Positions 1 to 9,068 of a stretch of DNA of 64,000 nucleotides are shown piece by piece. Position numbers and translations under genes: made by a program. The stretch is taken from assembly GCA_045635765.1 (NCBI GenBank), contig JAZTWH010000026.1:17783-81782 (forward strand), read 5' to 3'. Each line of letters opens with the position of its first letter. The stretch's first letter is position 1. This DNA comes from Eubacteriales bacterium (GTDB lineage Bacteria > Bacillota > Clostridia > Oscillospirales > UBA644). The notes below the pieces were generated by a model. That model did not search any database, had not been told where the DNA came from, and was given only the letters and a program-made list of their open reading frames with translations.

Positions 1-23
1 GGGGAAGTCCCGTGGCTTTCTGC

Positions 24-62
24 AAAAGGAACCGGTTCGGGGACTCCGAATCGGTTCCTTTT
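24..62 (-). terminator. Intrinsic terminator downstream of the aldo/keto reductase gene
   Basis: aaaaggaaccg ... cggttcctttt forms a 9-11-bp stem flanked by A and T runs. Confidence 0.5.
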
Positions 63-64
63 CG

Positions 65-1154
65 TTATAGATTCATGGATTGTTTTGCGGCGGACAAAAG
101 GCGGCGGATGGGCAGCTTTTGGGGGCATTGCTTTTCGCATTTTCCGCAACCGATGCAATCGGCCGGGGTGGGGTGGTCCTTGGCTAATGCCGTTCCGTAC
201 TGCCCTTGGTTGTAGGCGTCAAACCACTGGGGGATGGGGATTTGTTTGGGACAGTCGGCGATGCAGTATTCGCAACCGGTGCAGGAAACCGCCACCGATT
301 TGTTGATGATATCCGCACAACGGAACAGAAGGGTGGTTTCGTCTTCGGTGAGGGGCGAAATTTTATTGAAAAACTCCGTATTTTCCTCCAATTGATTGCA
401 ATCCGACATCCCGCTTAACACCATAATGACGCCGGGGAGTGTGGCGGCGAATTGCAAGGCCCATTGGGCGGGGGATTTGTCCGGGTTTGCGGCTCGCAAC
501 AAGGCTTCCGCTTCCGGCGGAATATTGGCCAGGGCCCCACCCTTGACCGGTTCCATAATGATAATATCTTTCCCGTGCTTCCGGGCAACCTCGTAGCACA
601 ACCGGGATTGGACGGTGGGAGATTCCCAGTCCAGATAATTGATCTGCAGCTGCACGAATTCTACCTCGGGATGCTCCGTCAGGATTCGATCTAGGACCTC
701 GGCGGAATCGTGGAAGGAAAAGCCGAATTTCCGCACCTTACCCTCGGCCTTTTTTTTGCATGACGAAGTCAAAGGCCCCCAGTCTCGTTGCGATCTCGTA
801 AAGGGGGGTGCTGAGGCAGTGGAGCAAATAATAATCAAAGTACTCTACGCCGCACTTTTCTCGTTGCTCGTTGAAAATTCGCTCCATATCTTCGGCGGTT
901 TCCAGCTTCATGGTGGGTAATTTGGTGGCCAGAAGATAGAAATCCCGGGGAATCCGGCTGGTCAGAACGGACTTGACCGCCCGTTCGCTTTCGTTGTTAT
1001 GATACATATAAGCCGTATCAAAATAAGTATAGCCCCGGTCCAAAAATCGGTCGGTCATCTCCCGAAACCCGTTCAGATCAATGGATTCCGGGCGTTCGGG
1101 GTCGGTTTTGGGGAGCCGCATCAGGCCGAATCCAAGCTTTTTCATCATATCCAT
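65..1154 (-). pseudogene. Aldo/keto reductase with C-terminal 2x[4Fe-4S]-type cysteine motifs, split by a frameshift
   Basis: Two overlapping minus-strand ORFs. 738..1154 is the N-terminal AKR half (GFGLMRLP, DTAYMYH). 65..838 is the C-terminal half (GFSFHD ... CTGCEYCIADCP ... CIGCGKCEKQCP). The frames meet at an A8 run (T8 on the + strand, 750..757). Removing one A gives a continuous ...DFVMQKKAEGKVRKFGFSFHD... Confidence 0.75.
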
Positions 1155-1160
1155 CTCCGT

Positions 1161-2585
1161 TTATTCTTCCGCAAGAAATATTTTTTCTCCGTATTTTTTG
1201 GTGGTCAGAATGGCGGCCTTGTTGATGTCGCCGCATCCCAAGGTAATGAACAGATCCCCCGGCCGGGCCAATTCCTTGATCCGATCGGCAATGTGCTCGA
1301 AATCCCTCATAAGCTCTGCGTTGTCCAGTCGGGCCACCACGTCTTCGGCGTAAATATTGTAATCGTCGTTGGTCTCCCGGGCGGGATAAATGGGGGGGAT
1401 CAGCACCTTATCGACGGTGGAAAGAACCTCCACAAACTCATCCATCAGCATTTTCGTCCGGGAAAAGGTGTGGGGCTGATGAATTGCGATGATCCGCTGA
1501 AAGCCCAGGTCCCGTGCGGTTTTGAAGGTCACCCGATAGGCATCGGGGTGGTGTCCGTAATCATCGGCAATGACGGCACCGTTGATGGTGCAATGGTATT
1601 CAAAGCGTCGTCCGGCCCCGTTGTAGGTTCCCAGGCCCTGGACGATTTCCTTTTTGGAAAGACCCAAAACGTGCCCCGCCGCGGCGGAGGCCAGGGCGTT
1701 CAGGACGTTATGCCGTCCCGGAACGGACAATTTTACCGAACCGAAAAATTCCTTCTTTTCGTCGTTTTCGGGGTGATAATACAGGTCAAAGGCAGGAAGA
1801 CCTTGGTTCAGGGTAATGTTTTCGGCCCGGAAGTGACCGCTGTTTAAGCCGAACAAAAGGACGTTGCCGGTGTAACCCTCCAGAACCCGTTTCACGTTTT
1901 CGTCTTCTGCGTTGGTGACTAAGGTTCCTCCCGGCTTAAGATTGCTCAGGTAATTTCGGAAGGCAAGGATCACGTTGTCCAGGGTCTTGAAATATTCCAT
2001 GTGGTCTTCGGCTATATTCAAAATAATGGAAACGTTGGAACGGAAGAACCGAAAGGATTCTTTAAATTCACAGCTTTCAAAGACGCACAGATCTTCTTTT
2101 TCGCTGAGACGGTAGGAGGCCCCGATCAGGTTCATGTGCCCTCCGATGATGGCGGCGGGGTCTTTTCCGGCGGAGAGAAGCAGTGCCGTGACCATGGACG
2201 AGGTGGTGGTTTTGCCGTGGGTTCCGGCAATTCCTACGGTGGTGTCGTAGCCGTCTAAGATCTCGCCCAAGAATTCTGCCCGGCGGTAAAGGGGGATGCA
2301 CCGTTGTTCTGCCCGGAGCCGTTCCGGGTTTTCGGGGGAAATGGCGTCGGTCATAATTACGGCGTCGGGAGATTCTTGATCAATGTTTTCGGAGACCTGC
2401 CCAATCCGAACGGAGATCCCCAGGGCTTTCAGCTGCTCCGTTGCCTTGCTTGACTGCATATCCGAACCCGAAACGGTATAACCCCGTCGCAATGCAATCT
2501 GGGCAAGGGAACTCATGGAAGATCCCCCAATGCCCATAAAATGCAGTTTTTTTGCGGTTTGAAGGGTAGTTTTGATGTTGCTCAT
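1161..2585 (-). CDS. murC: UDP-N-acetylmuramate--L-alanine ligase
   Basis: 474 aa. N-terminal GIGGSSMSSLA motif, GTHGKTTT P-loop, and Mur-ligase middle and C-terminal regions. Confidence 0.9.
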   Translation of the reverse strand: MSNIKTTLQTAKKLHFMGIGGSSMSSLAQIALRRGYTVSGSDMQSSKATEQLKALGISVRIGQVSENIDQESPDAVIMTDAISPENPERLRAEQRCIPLYRRAEFLGEILDGYDTTVGIAGTHGKTTTSSMVTALLLSAGKDPAAIIGGHMNLIGASYRLSEKEDLCVFESCEFKESFRFFRSNVSIILNIAEDHMEYFKTLDNVILAFRNYLSNLKPGGTLVTNAEDENVKRVLEGYTGNVLLFGLNSGHFRAENITLNQGLPAFDLYYHPENDEKKEFFGSVKLSVPGRHNVLNALASAAAGHVLGLSKKEIVQGLGTYNGAGRRFEYHCTINGAVIADDYGHHPDAYRVTFKTARDLGFQRIIAIHQPHTFSRTKMLMDEFVEVLSTVDKVLIPPIYPARETNDDYNIYAEDVVARLDNAELMRDFEHIADRIKELARPGDLFITLGCGDINKAAILTTKKYGEKIFLAEE

Positions 2586-2606
2586 TGGTTTAAAACTCCC
2601 ATAAAA

Positions 2607-3233
2607 TTATTTTTTTGCTCCCAAGGGACGCTCCTCCACCGGACCGGTGTATCCGGTGAGCATCGTCTGGCAGTCTTTCATGACGAACCACGCCGCGGCG
2701 ACGGCCAACAGAGACAGGGGATAGCAGATCCAATGCCAGGAGAAGGGGAGAAGAATAAAGGTTGCTCCAATATGGCAAAGTCCCGAAATTCCGCACAGGA
2801 CCATACCGATCTTGCAGACGGTACAATGCAGTTTATGCTGATTTGTTTGCTCCCAATACCCCAACATGGCGAACAAGAGCCATCCCAGAAGGAAAACCGC
2901 AACGAAGAGCACCAGGTCGCCGAAAGAAGCCATCACGTAGGTCAGGCCGTCTAAGACCCAATGGATAAAAACCAGGTCCCCGTCCAAAACGTCCCCGAAG
3001 AAAACCTTGATTTGCCCCAGGAAAAACAAAAAGGAAACCAGAGTCATGACGGAAACGGCCGCGTACAGTCCGTTCATCCGCTTGCTGAACCGGCGTTTTT
3101 CCAGGGTAAACCAAAGGATAAGATACCCGATAAAATCCGGTAAAATATCGACCCAAAGGATGTTGCCGTCGACTTTGTAGGTCATAGGGAAGGAAAGAAC
3201 GGCCAGAATCAGGCCAAATAGCATCAAATTCAT
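2607..3233 (-). CDS. Hypothetical polytopic membrane protein
   Basis: 208-aa ORF with about 6 hydrophobic segments, tightly spaced between rnc and murC. I recognise no family. Confidence 0.5.
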   Translation of the reverse strand: MNLMLFGLILAVLSFPMTYKVDGNILWVDILPDFIGYLILWFTLEKRRFSKRMNGLYAAVSVMTLVSFLFFLGQIKVFFGDVLDGDLVFIHWVLDGLTYVMASFGDLVLFVAVFLLGWLLFAMLGYWEQTNQHKLHCTVCKIGMVLCGISGLCHIGATFILLPFSWHWICYPLSLLAVAAAWFVMKDCQTMLTGYTGPVEERPLGAKK

Positions 3234-3243
3234 AAGTATCTCC

Positions 3244-3924
3244 TTACTGTTCCAGCCCCATGAGCTCCAGGGCCTGTTTTGCGGCCGCCTGCTCCGCCGT
3301 CTTTTTCGACCGTCCCCGGCCCTCGGAAATGCGGTTGCTGTTTAAGTACAGGTGGCAGACGAAGGTTTTTTCGTGCTCCGGGCCGAAATTGTCCGCGATG
3401 ACGTATTTCAATACTTCTCCGGGATTTTTTTGAATTACTTCCTGCAGTACGGTCTTATAATCGTGCTGGCGGAAGTTCTCGCCTCCCCGAATCAGAAAGG
3501 GAAGAATGAAATTCCGAGCATGTTCATAGCCGCCGTCCAAATAGATGGCACCCAAGATCGCCTCTACAGCATCACAGAGGATGGAATTACGGTGTTCCGC
3601 CCCGGCCTGTTTTTCTCCCTTCCCCAACAAAAGGCTTTCCCCCAGGTTCAGTTCCCTGGCATAGGTGGAAAGGGCTTCCTCGCAGACCAGAAGGGCCTTG
3701 GTTTTGGTCAGATCTCCTTCATCCCCGGTCCGGGTATGATAAAGGTGATCGGAGCAGATAAGGGATAACACGGAGTCTCCCAAAAATTCCAGGCGTTCGT
3801 TACATTCCTCCGCATCCCGATGCTCGTTGAGATAGGAGGAATGGGTCAACGCCTTGCGTAACAGAGTCTTATCCTTAAAAACGTAACCGATCTTTTTTTC
3901 GGTTTGGGCAAACAGCTCAGTCAT
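3244..3924 (-). CDS. rnc: Ribonuclease III
   Basis: 226 aa. RNase III signature ERLEFLGDSVL and a C-terminal dsRBD (GRGRSKKTAEQAAAKQALE). Confidence 0.92.
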   Translation of the reverse strand: MTELFAQTEKKIGYVFKDKTLLRKALTHSSYLNEHRDAEECNERLEFLGDSVLSLICSDHLYHTRTGDEGDLTKTKALLVCEEALSTYARELNLGESLLLGKGEKQAGAEHRNSILCDAVEAILGAIYLDGGYEHARNFILPFLIRGGENFRQHDYKTVLQEVIQKNPGEVLKYVIADNFGPEHEKTFVCHLYLNSNRISEGRGRSKKTAEQAAAKQALELMGLEQ

Positions 3925-4156
3925 TGCGGTGTCCCTCGATATATGCGATCAGATCCCCGACGGTCACGATTTTTGCCCCCGCTTCCGGGTCTACAAAGAC
4001 GTCAAATTCCTCTTCCACCGCCATAAAGACCTCCGTCATGTCCAATTCGTCGGCATAAAGATCTTCGTCAAATTTTACGGCGGGAGAAATTTCTTCTTCC
4101 TCTGCGGAAAAAATATCGGCTAAGATGGGCTTCAGAATATTCAGGGTCTGAATCAT
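3917..4156 (-). CDS. Acyl carrier protein homologue lacking the phosphopantetheine-attachment serine
   Basis: 79 aa from ATG 4156, with RBS GAGAGG upstream; an alternative GTG at 4168 overlaps the plsX stop. It aligns by eye with ACP (FDEDLYADELDMTEVFMAVEEEFD versus canonical [24 protein letters not shown]), but DSL is DEL here. It sits in the conserved plsX-acp-rnc position. Confidence 0.7.
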   Translation of the reverse strand: MIQTLNILKPILADIFSAEEEEISPAVKFDEDLYADELDMTEVFMAVEEEFDVFVDPEAGAKIVTVGDLIAYIEGHRND

Positions 4157-4164
4157 AATTCCTC

Positions 4165-5181
4165 TCACTTTCCCTCTTGATTGGCTTCGTATTGTGCTTT
4201 TAATTGCTGGGTAATGGTTTGAACAGCACCGGATTTTGCAAAGTTCGCGGCTTGGCGAATGGCGTTCTTGAAGGCCTTGGCGTTGGAGCTTCCGTGGGCT
4301 TTGACCACCGGCTTGCAGACCCCCAAAAGGACGGCTCCTCCTTCTTCGGTGTAATCCAGCTTCCGCTTCATGACCCGCAATTGGGGCTTCAGAAGGGCGG
4401 CCAGAAGTTTGGAGAAAAAGGTCGCGGTGAGGGCATCCTTCATAATGCTCATCATAAACATGGCGGTTCCTTCCACCGTCTTCAGCAGGATGTTCCCTGC
4501 AAAGCCGTCGGCCACTACCACGTCGCAGTTTCCGTCAAAAATGCCTCGGCCTTCTACATTCCCGATAAATTCAAAGGCGTTGTTTTCCTTCAGCAGAGCA
4601 TGGGCCTTTTGATACAGCTCCGGCCCTTTACATTCCTCCGTGCCGTTGTTCAGCAGTCCCACCTTTGGCTGGTCGCAGAAGCCTGCATTTTTCATATATA
4701 GCGCACCCATGGTGCCGAATTGGTCCAGATATTCGGGGGTGCAAACCTCGTTGGCTCCGCTGTCAATCAGCATGAAATGTCCGGTTTTGGAAGGAAACAC
4801 GGGAGCAAATGCCGCCCGCTTCACGTTAGGGATCCGTTTGACGATCAAGGTTCCTCCCGCAAGAATGGCTCCGGAATTCCCCGCGGAGACGAAGGCGTCC
4901 CCTTCGCCCGCTTTCAAAAGATCGAAGGCCAGGCCCATGGAAGAATTCCGCTTCGCCTTCAAAACACAGCCCGCATCGTCCTCCATGGTGATCACTTCCT
5001 CCGCATTGCGGAATTCCATATTATGATCGTCGATGTCGTGCTCGGTCATGATCTTTTTGAGCATGGCTTCGGGACCTGTGACGATGATTTTCACGCCCAG
5101 CTCTTCCACGGCCATAGCACAGCCTTTCAGAATCTGCAGAGGGGCGTTATCGCCGCCCATGCCGTCTACGATGATGGTCAT
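4165..5181 (-). CDS. plsX: Phosphate acyltransferase PlsX
   Basis: N-terminus MTIIVDGMGGDNAP. RBS GGAAGGAAGG precedes ATG 5181. The longest ORF extends to 5214, but that start lacks an RBS. Confidence 0.9.
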   Translation of the reverse strand: MTIIVDGMGGDNAPLQILKGCAMAVEELGVKIIVTGPEAMLKKIMTEHDIDDHNMEFRNAEEVITMEDDAGCVLKAKRNSSMGLAFDLLKAGEGDAFVSAGNSGAILAGGTLIVKRIPNVKRAAFAPVFPSKTGHFMLIDSGANEVCTPEYLDQFGTMGALYMKNAGFCDQPKVGLLNNGTEECKGPELYQKAHALLKENNAFEFIGNVEGRGIFDGNCDVVVADGFAGNILLKTVEGTAMFMMSIMKDALTATFFSKLLAALLKPQLRVMKRKLDYTEEGGAVLLGVCKPVVKAHGSSNAKAFKNAIRQAANFAKSGAVQTITQQLKAQYEANQEGK

Positions 5182-5204
5182 AGTGTATACCTTCCTTCCC
5201 AAAA

Positions 5205-6545
5205 TTATCCGCAAATCTCAGGGGCTTCCTCTTTTTCTGCGGAGAGGTTTGTGATATTATGTTTCTTGCAAAAGGCGTCAAGGGTCTCCAAGGCCCGTTG
5301 GGACAAAAGGCCCTTGCGGTCTTTCTTTTTGACTTTTCCCTCCAACGGGGGGAGCAGTCCGAAGTTTACATTCATAGGCTGGAATTCCGTGACGGAGGGA
5401 TCCGACACGTAATGGGCTAAGGCACCAATGGCCGTTTCCCGCGGGAATTCCAAAGCGTCCCCCAGAAGGGCGTTCAGCCCTGCAACAAAGCCGGAGGAAG
5501 CGGATTCAATATATCCTTCCACGCCCGTTATCTGTCCTGCAAAGTACAGGTTTTCCCGGTTTCGCACCCGGTAGGTGGGGGTGAGCAGTTGGGGGGAATT
5601 TAAAAAAGTATTTCGGTGCATAACTCCGTATCGGACGAATTCCGCCTGTTCCAAGCCGGGGATCATTCGGAATACCCGGCGTTGCTCCGGCCAGGTCAGA
5701 TGGGTCTGAAATCCTACCATGTTGTACAGAGAGGATGCTCCGTTGTCCTTGCGTAGCTGTACCACGGCCTTGGGGAGTTTCCCCGTATGGGGGTCGATCA
5801 ATCCCACGGGCTTCAGGGGTCCGAATAACAGAGTTTCATACCCCCGGTAGGCCATGACTTCCACGGGCATACAGCCTTCAAAAACCTTGTTGTTTTCAAA
5901 TCCGTGGAGATGGGCGGTCTCAGCGGAGATCAGGGCCCGATAAAAGGCGTCGTATTCTTCCTCGGACATGGGACAGTTGACGTAGTCGGGGGTCCCTTTG
6001 TCATATCGGGAAGCAAGATACGCCTTGGACATATCAATGCTTTCCGCCGTGACGATGGGTGCCGCCGCATCAAAAAAGGAAAGACCCGCTCCGAATTGCC
6101 GGGCGATTTCTTCCGCCAGAGGGTCGGATGCCAAGGGGCCGGCAGCAATGACGGTCGGCTCGTCAAATTCCAGGGTGCAAACCTCTTCTTCCACCACGGT
6201 AATGTTGGGGTGGTTTCGGATTTTTTTGGTAACGTATTCGCAAAAGGCCTCCCGGTCCACGGCCAAAGCACCCCCTGCCGGGACTCTGGTGGCCACGGCG
6301 GCCTCCATTACGATGGACCCCATGCGGAGCAGCTCTTCTTTGAGCAGTCCGATGGCGTTCTGCAACCCCTCTGCCCGCAAAGAGTTGGAGCAGACCAGCT
6401 CACAAAAGGAGTCCGACGTATGGGCCGGGGACTTTTTTAGGGGCTTCATTTCGTATAGGGTTACCTTTGCCCCCCGTTGGGCACATTGCCAGGCCGCCTC
6501 GCAGCCCGCAAGGCCTGCTCCTACAACGGTCACGGAGTGGCTCAT
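5205..6545 (-). CDS. trmFO: Methylenetetrahydrofolate--tRNA-(uracil54-C5)-methyltransferase TrmFO
   Basis: [23 protein letters not shown]-binding N-terminus and full-length Gid/TrmFO-like body. A second in-frame ATG at 6632, created by an 87-bp duplication, carries an identical RBS and would add 29 aa. The track ORF to 6773 runs into topA and is not credible. Confidence 0.88.
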   Translation of the reverse strand: MSHSVTVVGAGLAGCEAAWQCAQRGAKVTLYEMKPLKKSPAHTSDSFCELVCSNSLRAEGLQNAIGLLKEELLRMGSIVMEAAVATRVPAGGALAVDREAFCEYVTKKIRNHPNITVVEEEVCTLEFDEPTVIAAGPLASDPLAEEIARQFGAGLSFFDAAAPIVTAESIDMSKAYLASRYDKGTPDYVNCPMSEEEYDAFYRALISAETAHLHGFENNKVFEGCMPVEVMAYRGYETLLFGPLKPVGLIDPHTGKLPKAVVQLRKDNGASSLYNMVGFQTHLTWPEQRRVFRMIPGLEQAEFVRYGVMHRNTFLNSPQLLTPTYRVRNRENLYFAGQITGVEGYIESASSGFVAGLNALLGDALEFPRETAIGALAHYVSDPSVTEFQPMNVNFGLLPPLEGKVKKKDRKGLLSQRALETLDAFCKKHNITNLSAEKEEAPEICG

Positions 6546-6644
6546 TGGGGCTCCTTCATTCTGCGTTGCACGTTGCAGTGCGGCGTCGCAGCCCGCAAGG
6601 CCTGCTCCCACAACGGTCACGGAGTGGCTCATTGGGACTCCTTC
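6471..6644 (-). repeat. 87-bp tandem duplication (2 copies) spanning the topA stop and trmFO start
   Basis: The 59-bp cores 6499..6557 and 6586..6644 differ at 2 positions. The remaining 28 bp per unit are more diverged (about half the positions match). Each unit contains GAAGGAG-N5-ATGAGCCACTCC. Confidence 0.9.
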
Positions 6645-8890
6645 TCCCCGTTGTCGTTTTTCTTGTAAGCCCGTTCGTATCCGCAGCCTTCGGTGACGCA
6701 GTTCAAGGTGCCGAAGTGACGGAAGAGGGTTTTTCCGCATTTGGGGCAGACCTCCGCCGTGGGAATATCCCAAGTGCGGAATCCGCAGGAAGCACCCTTT
6801 TCACAGGAATAGTACGTTTTTCCCTTTTGGGTCTTGCGTACCACCAAGGAGCTTCCGCAGAGGGGGCAGGTGCCGGGGGCTTTGGTGTAGACGGGTCTGG
6901 TGTTTTTACATTCGGGATAGCCGGGGCAGGCAAGGAATCGGCCGAAGCGGCTGACCTTGTAGACCATTTTACGGCCGCACAGCTCGCAGACCTCGTCGCA
7001 TTCTTCCACGGGTGTTTCTACCTTGCGGCGTTCCGTGTTACTTTCTGCCTTTTCTAGGGCGGCGGCAAAATCTCCGTAGAAATTCTGCATGACCTCCACC
7101 AGCGTCTTTTTGCCTTCTTCTACGCTGTCAAGCTGTTTTTCCATCTCTGCGGTGAAGGCGGAGTCCACGATATTGTTGAAGTTCTCGATCATCAGATCGG
7201 TGGTTACGATTCCCAGATTGGTGGGCTTGAGGGATTTTCCTTCCCGTTCCACGTAGTCCCGTTCAATGATGGTTCCCACGATGGGAGCAAAGGTGGAAGG
7301 ACGGCCGATGCCGTTTTCTTCCAAAGTCTTGATCAGGGACGCTTCGGTATAGCGGGAGGGAGGAAGGGTGAATTTCTGCTCCGACACGAGCTCCTTGAAA
7401 TCCAGGGGATCCCCCTCTTTCACGTCGGGGAAGGCCGAAGATTGTTCCGGGTCGTCGGAATAGTGATACAAACGGCTGTAGCCGTCAAAGACTTTTTTGG
7501 TATCAGAAGCCCGGAACAGGTACCCGGCGGCTTCGATCTCAATGCTTCTCACGTGCTGAACCACGGAGGCCATCTGACTGGCGGTGAACCGTTCCCAGAT
7601 CATCTTGTACAACCGATATTGATCGTGAGAAAGGCTTCCTTTTACGACCTCGGGGGTCAGATTGATGTCCGTGGGACGGATGGCTTCGTGGGCATCCTGG
7701 GCACCCTGCCGGGACTTGAAGACCCGGGGCGTTTTGGGATAATACGCCTCTCCGTAGGTGTTCAGAATATATTCCTTGGCGGCGGCCTTCGCTTCATCGG
7801 AAATCCGCAGAGAGTCGGTTCTCATATAGGTAATAAGACCGACGGGGCCATGGCCGACCACGTCAATACCTTCGTACAGGGTCTGGGCCACGGACATGGT
7901 CTTTTGGGGATGCATATTCAGATGAACGGAGGCTTCCTGCTGGAGGGCGGAGGTGGTGAAGGGAGGTGCGGGGTTTTTGTGCTTTTCCTGTTCCTTCAAG
8001 GAACGGACGGTGTAGTCCTTTCCTTCCAATTCTGCCCGAATCGCTTCATTTTCCGCGGCAGACGAAACGGTGATCTTCCCTCCATCGTTTCCAAAGAATC
8101 TGGCGGAATATTCCTTTTTGCCATTTCGGAAATGGGCGTCCAGATTCCAATACTCCTGAGGAACGAAGGCTTCGATCTCCCGTTCCCGGTCCACCACCCA
8201 ACGGGTGGCAACCGATTGGACCCGGCCGGCGGAAAGTCCGTATTTCACCTTGTGCCACAGGAAGGGAGACAGCTTATATCCCACGATCCGGTCCAAAACC
8301 CGGCGGGTCTGCTGGGAGGAAACCAAATTCTGATCAATGGCCCGGGGCTTTTGCATCCCCTCGGTGACTGCCTTTCGGGTGATTTCGTTAAAGGTCACCC
8401 GATTTTCGGCTCCTTCCTCCAATTCCAGCATCTGAGCCAAATGCCACGCAATGGCTTCTCCTTCCCGGTCAGGGTCCGTTGCCAGATAGACGGCCTTGCT
8501 GTTTTTCGCAGCGGCCTTCAGCTCCTTGAGAAGGGCGGCCTTCCCGTCCTTGCGGGGGACGATATACTCGGGCGTAAAGCCGTTTTCAATATCGACGCCC
8601 AAGCGAGAGGCAGGCAGGTCCCGGATGTGCCCCTTGGAGGACAGCACCTCGTACTTGCTTCCCAGATACTTTTTAATGGTTTTCGCCTTGGACGGGGATT
8701 CCACGATCAAAAGATTTTTGGTAGGATGGGGAGCCTTTTTGCTCCCGGCCTTTTTCTTCGCTGCAGGCTTTTTCGCTGCAGGCTTCTTTGCCGCAGGCTT
8801 TTTCGCCGTCGTTTTCTTTGCTGCAGATTTCGTTTCCGCAGACGTCTTCTGTGCGTCCTTTGCGGTGTTGTCGGTGGTTTTCGTTGCCAT
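6629..8890 (-). CDS. topA: DNA topoisomerase I with an N-terminal Lys/Ala/Pro-rich extension
   Basis: 753 aa. Toprim [13 protein letters not shown], active-site region LITYMRTDS, and three C-terminal Cys4 zinc ribbons. RBS AAGGAGA precedes ATG 8890, so the ~55-aa AKKP-repeat leader lies inside the CDS. Confidence 0.93.
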   Translation of the reverse strand: MATKTTDNTAKDAQKTSAETKSAAKKTTAKKPAAKKPAAKKPAAKKKAGSKKAPHPTKNLLIVESPSKAKTIKKYLGSKYEVLSSKGHIRDLPASRLGVDIENGFTPEYIVPRKDGKAALLKELKAAAKNSKAVYLATDPDREGEAIAWHLAQMLELEEGAENRVTFNEITRKAVTEGMQKPRAIDQNLVSSQQTRRVLDRIVGYKLSPFLWHKVKYGLSAGRVQSVATRWVVDREREIEAFVPQEYWNLDAHFRNGKKEYSARFFGNDGGKITVSSAAENEAIRAELEGKDYTVRSLKEQEKHKNPAPPFTTSALQQEASVHLNMHPQKTMSVAQTLYEGIDVVGHGPVGLITYMRTDSLRISDEAKAAAKEYILNTYGEAYYPKTPRVFKSRQGAQDAHEAIRPTDINLTPEVVKGSLSHDQYRLYKMIWERFTASQMASVVQHVRSIEIEAAGYLFRASDTKKVFDGYSRLYHYSDDPEQSSAFPDVKEGDPLDFKELVSEQKFTLPPSRYTEASLIKTLEENGIGRPSTFAPIVGTIIERDYVEREGKSLKPTNLGIVTTDLMIENFNNIVDSAFTAEMEKQLDSVEEGKKTLVEVMQNFYGDFAAALEKAESNTERRKVETPVEECDEVCELCGRKMVYKVSRFGRFLACPGYPECKNTRPVYTKAPGTCPLCGSSLVVRKTQKGKTYYSCEKGASCGFRTWDIPTAEVCPKCGKTLFRHFGTLNCVTEGCGYERAYKKNDNGEKESQ
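8759..8833 (-). repeat. 15-bp coding tandem repeat (about 5 units) encoding (A)AKKP in the topA N-terminus
   Basis: Units cgctgcaggcttttt, cgctgcaggcttctt, tgccgcaggcttttt and so on, read directly on the + strand. Confidence 0.8.
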
Positions 8891-9068
8891 CGTAGTTCTC
8901 CTTTTTTGTTTGGGTAATTTTGCAATTATTTCCGGCGGAACGTGAATCCCAAAAAGGGATGCGGTCTGCCCGGAAAGCTCCGGTGCTTGCAGGAGCGGGA
9001 ATTATCGGGAAATAGATCGTCCCGTCCGCGGAGAAGTTCGTCCGCAAACAAGACACGTTTGGAAAAAC

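Noticed and set aside
6546-6773. Track ORF extends trmFO to 522 aa, starting at 6773
   Set aside because: The part upstream of 6632 lies inside the topA coding sequence in another frame and has no RBS. The credible starts are 6545 and 6632.
7442-8917. 491-aa plus-strand ORF
   Set aside because: It is antisense to topA. Shadow ORF. The same reasoning applies to 21743..22825 (antisense to rpoD), 61476..62750 (antisense to ecfA2, ecfT and the truA 5' end), 13759..14817 (antisense to the GNAT gene) and 53141..54025 (out-of-frame overlap of araC).
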